DNA of 64,000 bases, from NCBI RefSeq assembly GCF_963676685.1, contig NC_092344.1, forward strand, positions 37,634,001 to 37,698,000. The letters run 5' to 3'. Source of the stretch: Mytilus edulis. Lineage: Eukaryota. Both the position numbers and the translations under genes were made by a program. The notes under the pieces are model-generated. The model ran no database searches. It was not told where the DNA came from and worked only from the letters and a program-made list of their open reading frames with translations. The stretch's first letter is position 1, and each line of letters opens with the position of its first letter. Below are positions 61,685-64,000 of this stretch, piece after piece.

Positions 61685-61839
61685 CCATATGAACATTTCT
61701 GAAATCTGGATCAGCCACAGGTTCCTGTGTGTATCTCAGCCATAGTGTCATTACTGTCTCAAGTTTTTGATGTTGCATTTCAGTTTTATTTTTGTTTTCT
61801 TTCCTGAACATGTACAAAATATAATTTGTCACTAAACTT

Positions 61840-62180
61840 TAGTCGGAAATAAATACTAATCCATTCCGTTTTGATTTGTGACTTCTTTTTCCCGCAAAGT
61901 TTGAGTTTATGAAATTTTAGTAAGTAAACTTACACTCTTAATTGTCCATAAGGGCTTTATTTCTATGTGTTTGAATGTTGTTACAATGTAAAATTTGTAG
62001 ATAATGTGTTTATAATCGAGTAACCAAGCTTTTCATTCCTTTTCTGTGGTGTTTTCAAAAAGTACGATAAACCGGAAATGACATTTGGCGGGAAATGTAA
62101 AAAAGGAAAACAAGTGACATCGAAGATATCATCTCATTGTTTTCACATTATATTATTATATTGCTGTTCTCAGCGGCGAG
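61840..62180 (-). promoter_or_regulatory. Putative promoter and first non-coding exon of the PRRT-like locus
   Basis: Local CpG enrichment, ETS-like ACCGGAAAT (62071-62079), E2F-like TTTGGCGGGAAA (62084-62095) and TTTCCCGC (61888-61895), and a - strand donor agt|GTAAGT at 61933. Confidence 0.55.
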
Positions 62181-63121
62181 GTTATTTGTTAAGATTCTTT
62201 GGATTTATACATTCTGATGTTGAGAAAGACCCTGAGGCAATAATACCAAAAGTGTAAATAGACCAAGCCCCCCCCCCCTTTTTGTGTTTTGATGTATGCG
62301 TTCCTATCAAATCAGGGGCGAATCCAGCCGTTTTTAAAGGGGGTCCAACTAAAGATAAAAGGGGTGTTTAACTATATGTCCACATTCAAATGAATTGATT
62401 GTGAAAAAGGGAGGGTAATTACGAGGAATATATATAGGGATAGATATACTGGGTTAACCCCATTCCGGTGGTCAAAATGTTAATCATTATTCCAAACGCA
62501 TTTTTCGAACTAAACGGAACAAATATGATTGAAATAAATAAAATTCAGTTATTTAGCTCTTCAATGATGCATAATATGTTACCCATTTGTCAAGTTTTAT
62601 CAGTTTAATAAATGATTGAAAATCGGTGATCACCACCCATCATTGTTTTTGCTATTAACCTCTTTCCGGTGCAAAGGTAAAATATAGTATGGAGGACAAC
62701 TTGGAACACTAATGCACCTTATTTTGTGCATCAAATAACGCTAATATTCTAGTAAAGAAGTACAGATCAGCAAAACACGATTTTATTTAGGACAAATACA
62801 CAAATTATTTTTGACAAGATGAAAAATGTTGAAAAGTCCAATATATGCAAGATTTTTTTTCTAAATTTATAAAAAAAAAAAAATTCTCATTCAAATTTTT
62901 GTTTTACTTTCACTCTTTTGTGGAAATTATTTTAATAATTCTATTTTGATGTCAATAGTGGGAAAAAAATATTTCACAAAGTTTCACTTTTTGAAAATCT
63001 ACTTTAACTGAATAAATAGAAAAATTACATTAATATTAAACAGTTCAAAATCTATTGTTTGTTGTTTTTTTTTTTAATCAGAATAACAGTTTTTGGAATA
63101 ATGTTCTGTATATTGGACAGT

Positions 63122-64000
63122 TTACTGTTCTTTACAGTGTGGACAAAAGAAAGTATCCCCTCTCCGCAAGACTCTAACATCACTACAGAATTGGAGATGT
63201 GTCCAGTGACGGCAGTTATCATTGTCACATTGTGCCCATTTGACAAACACAATTCCTGCTAGTTGTCTGATCTCTGAGGGAGATTTCTTATTACAAACAC
63301 AGCAAGTTTCACCGTCGTCATCATCGGTTTCATCACTGTCACTAAATGAATTCTCAAGACATATTGGTCCTCCTTTATCCTTGTTTAAACCAGATGTACC
63401 AAGACCTGCATTAACATCATCCTCTGATAATTTAATTTTTTTTTCATTTTTTTCCATCACAGTTGAACTTTTTCTTTTTACAGGTGCCTTCTTTTTGGTA
63501 TCTTTTCCTGCTTTGTTTTGATTTCTAGTTTCCTTTTCAACTGTCTTAGGCTCTGCTTTTTTATAGGGTGGTTTAAAAGTTCCTTTCTTTTTTGACTGAT
63601 TCAGATGATCCATGTTTTTCTTTTTTCCTAAATTTCCTGTGATTGTGAAGTGTTTCCTTTTCTTTTCTGTCTTTTCAACTGAAACAACATTTCTTTTTAG
63701 CAGGAATCCGGATGTAGAACTGTTTACTGTACATGTGGTTATATTCGAAGAGTTGTTTGATGTGTTCAATTCAATTATTGGTTCTGCGGTATATATTTGA
63801 ATGTCATCAGAGTACCTGCTTTCAGGAGGAACTAGAGTAAGCAAAGGTTGACTATTTGATTCATCTTGATCTGATGAGATATCTTGTTCCTTTTGGGCTG
63901 ATGATGAAGCTTCGAATTGTTGTATCGTCAGAGTGGCAGCTTTGTTAAATTGCTGAGAGGAAGTGTTGTCATCTTCTTGTGAAATTTGTGTATTATTCAT
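63122..64000 (-). mobile_element. C-terminal part of a PHD-finger protein, probably a pogo/Tigger-type (DDE_1) transposase; likely continues past the window edge
   Basis: Intronless ORF with a Lys-rich segment, an acidic SDSDETDDDD patch and a C4HC3 PHD finger (CCVC...WAQCDNDNCRHWTHLQFC...FFCPHC) at the C-terminus. This order is typical of pogo-like transposases. The DDE domain is not in the window. Confidence 0.65.

Noticed and set aside
63052-63800. Small ORFs overlapping the PHD ORF
   Set aside because: Antisense or alternative-frame shadows of the Lys-rich PHD-containing CDS.

Overview
AT-rich, intron-containing animal DNA. The repeat repertoire (Helentron/HINE-like elements, Penelope-type hammerheads, SINE-like tails) suggests a bivalve such as Mytilus; this is inference. 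The + strand carries a 6-exon gene (407..13880, 312 aa by my splice reconstruction). It encodes a type I membrane protein with a CUB-like ectodomain and a PPxY/tyrosine-motif tail. Converging on it from the - strand are two paralogous intronless ORFs (24736..27597 and 55969..59892) encoding PRRT3/PRRT4-like 7-TM proteins with long acidic 10-aa-repeat stalks. Each starts just after a splice acceptor, and the only clear promoter-like patch is at about 61.9-62.1 kb, so they may be alternative coding cassettes of one transcription unit. The window ends in the PHD-finger C-terminus of a probable pogo-type transposase. The non-coding DNA holds two minimal hammerhead ribozymes (one with an intact core), three long palindromes with related loop motifs, several nested transposon insertions with empty-site copies in the same window, HINE-like elements and minisatellites. 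No rRNA, tRNA or CRISPR array was seen. All coordinates were read by hand.
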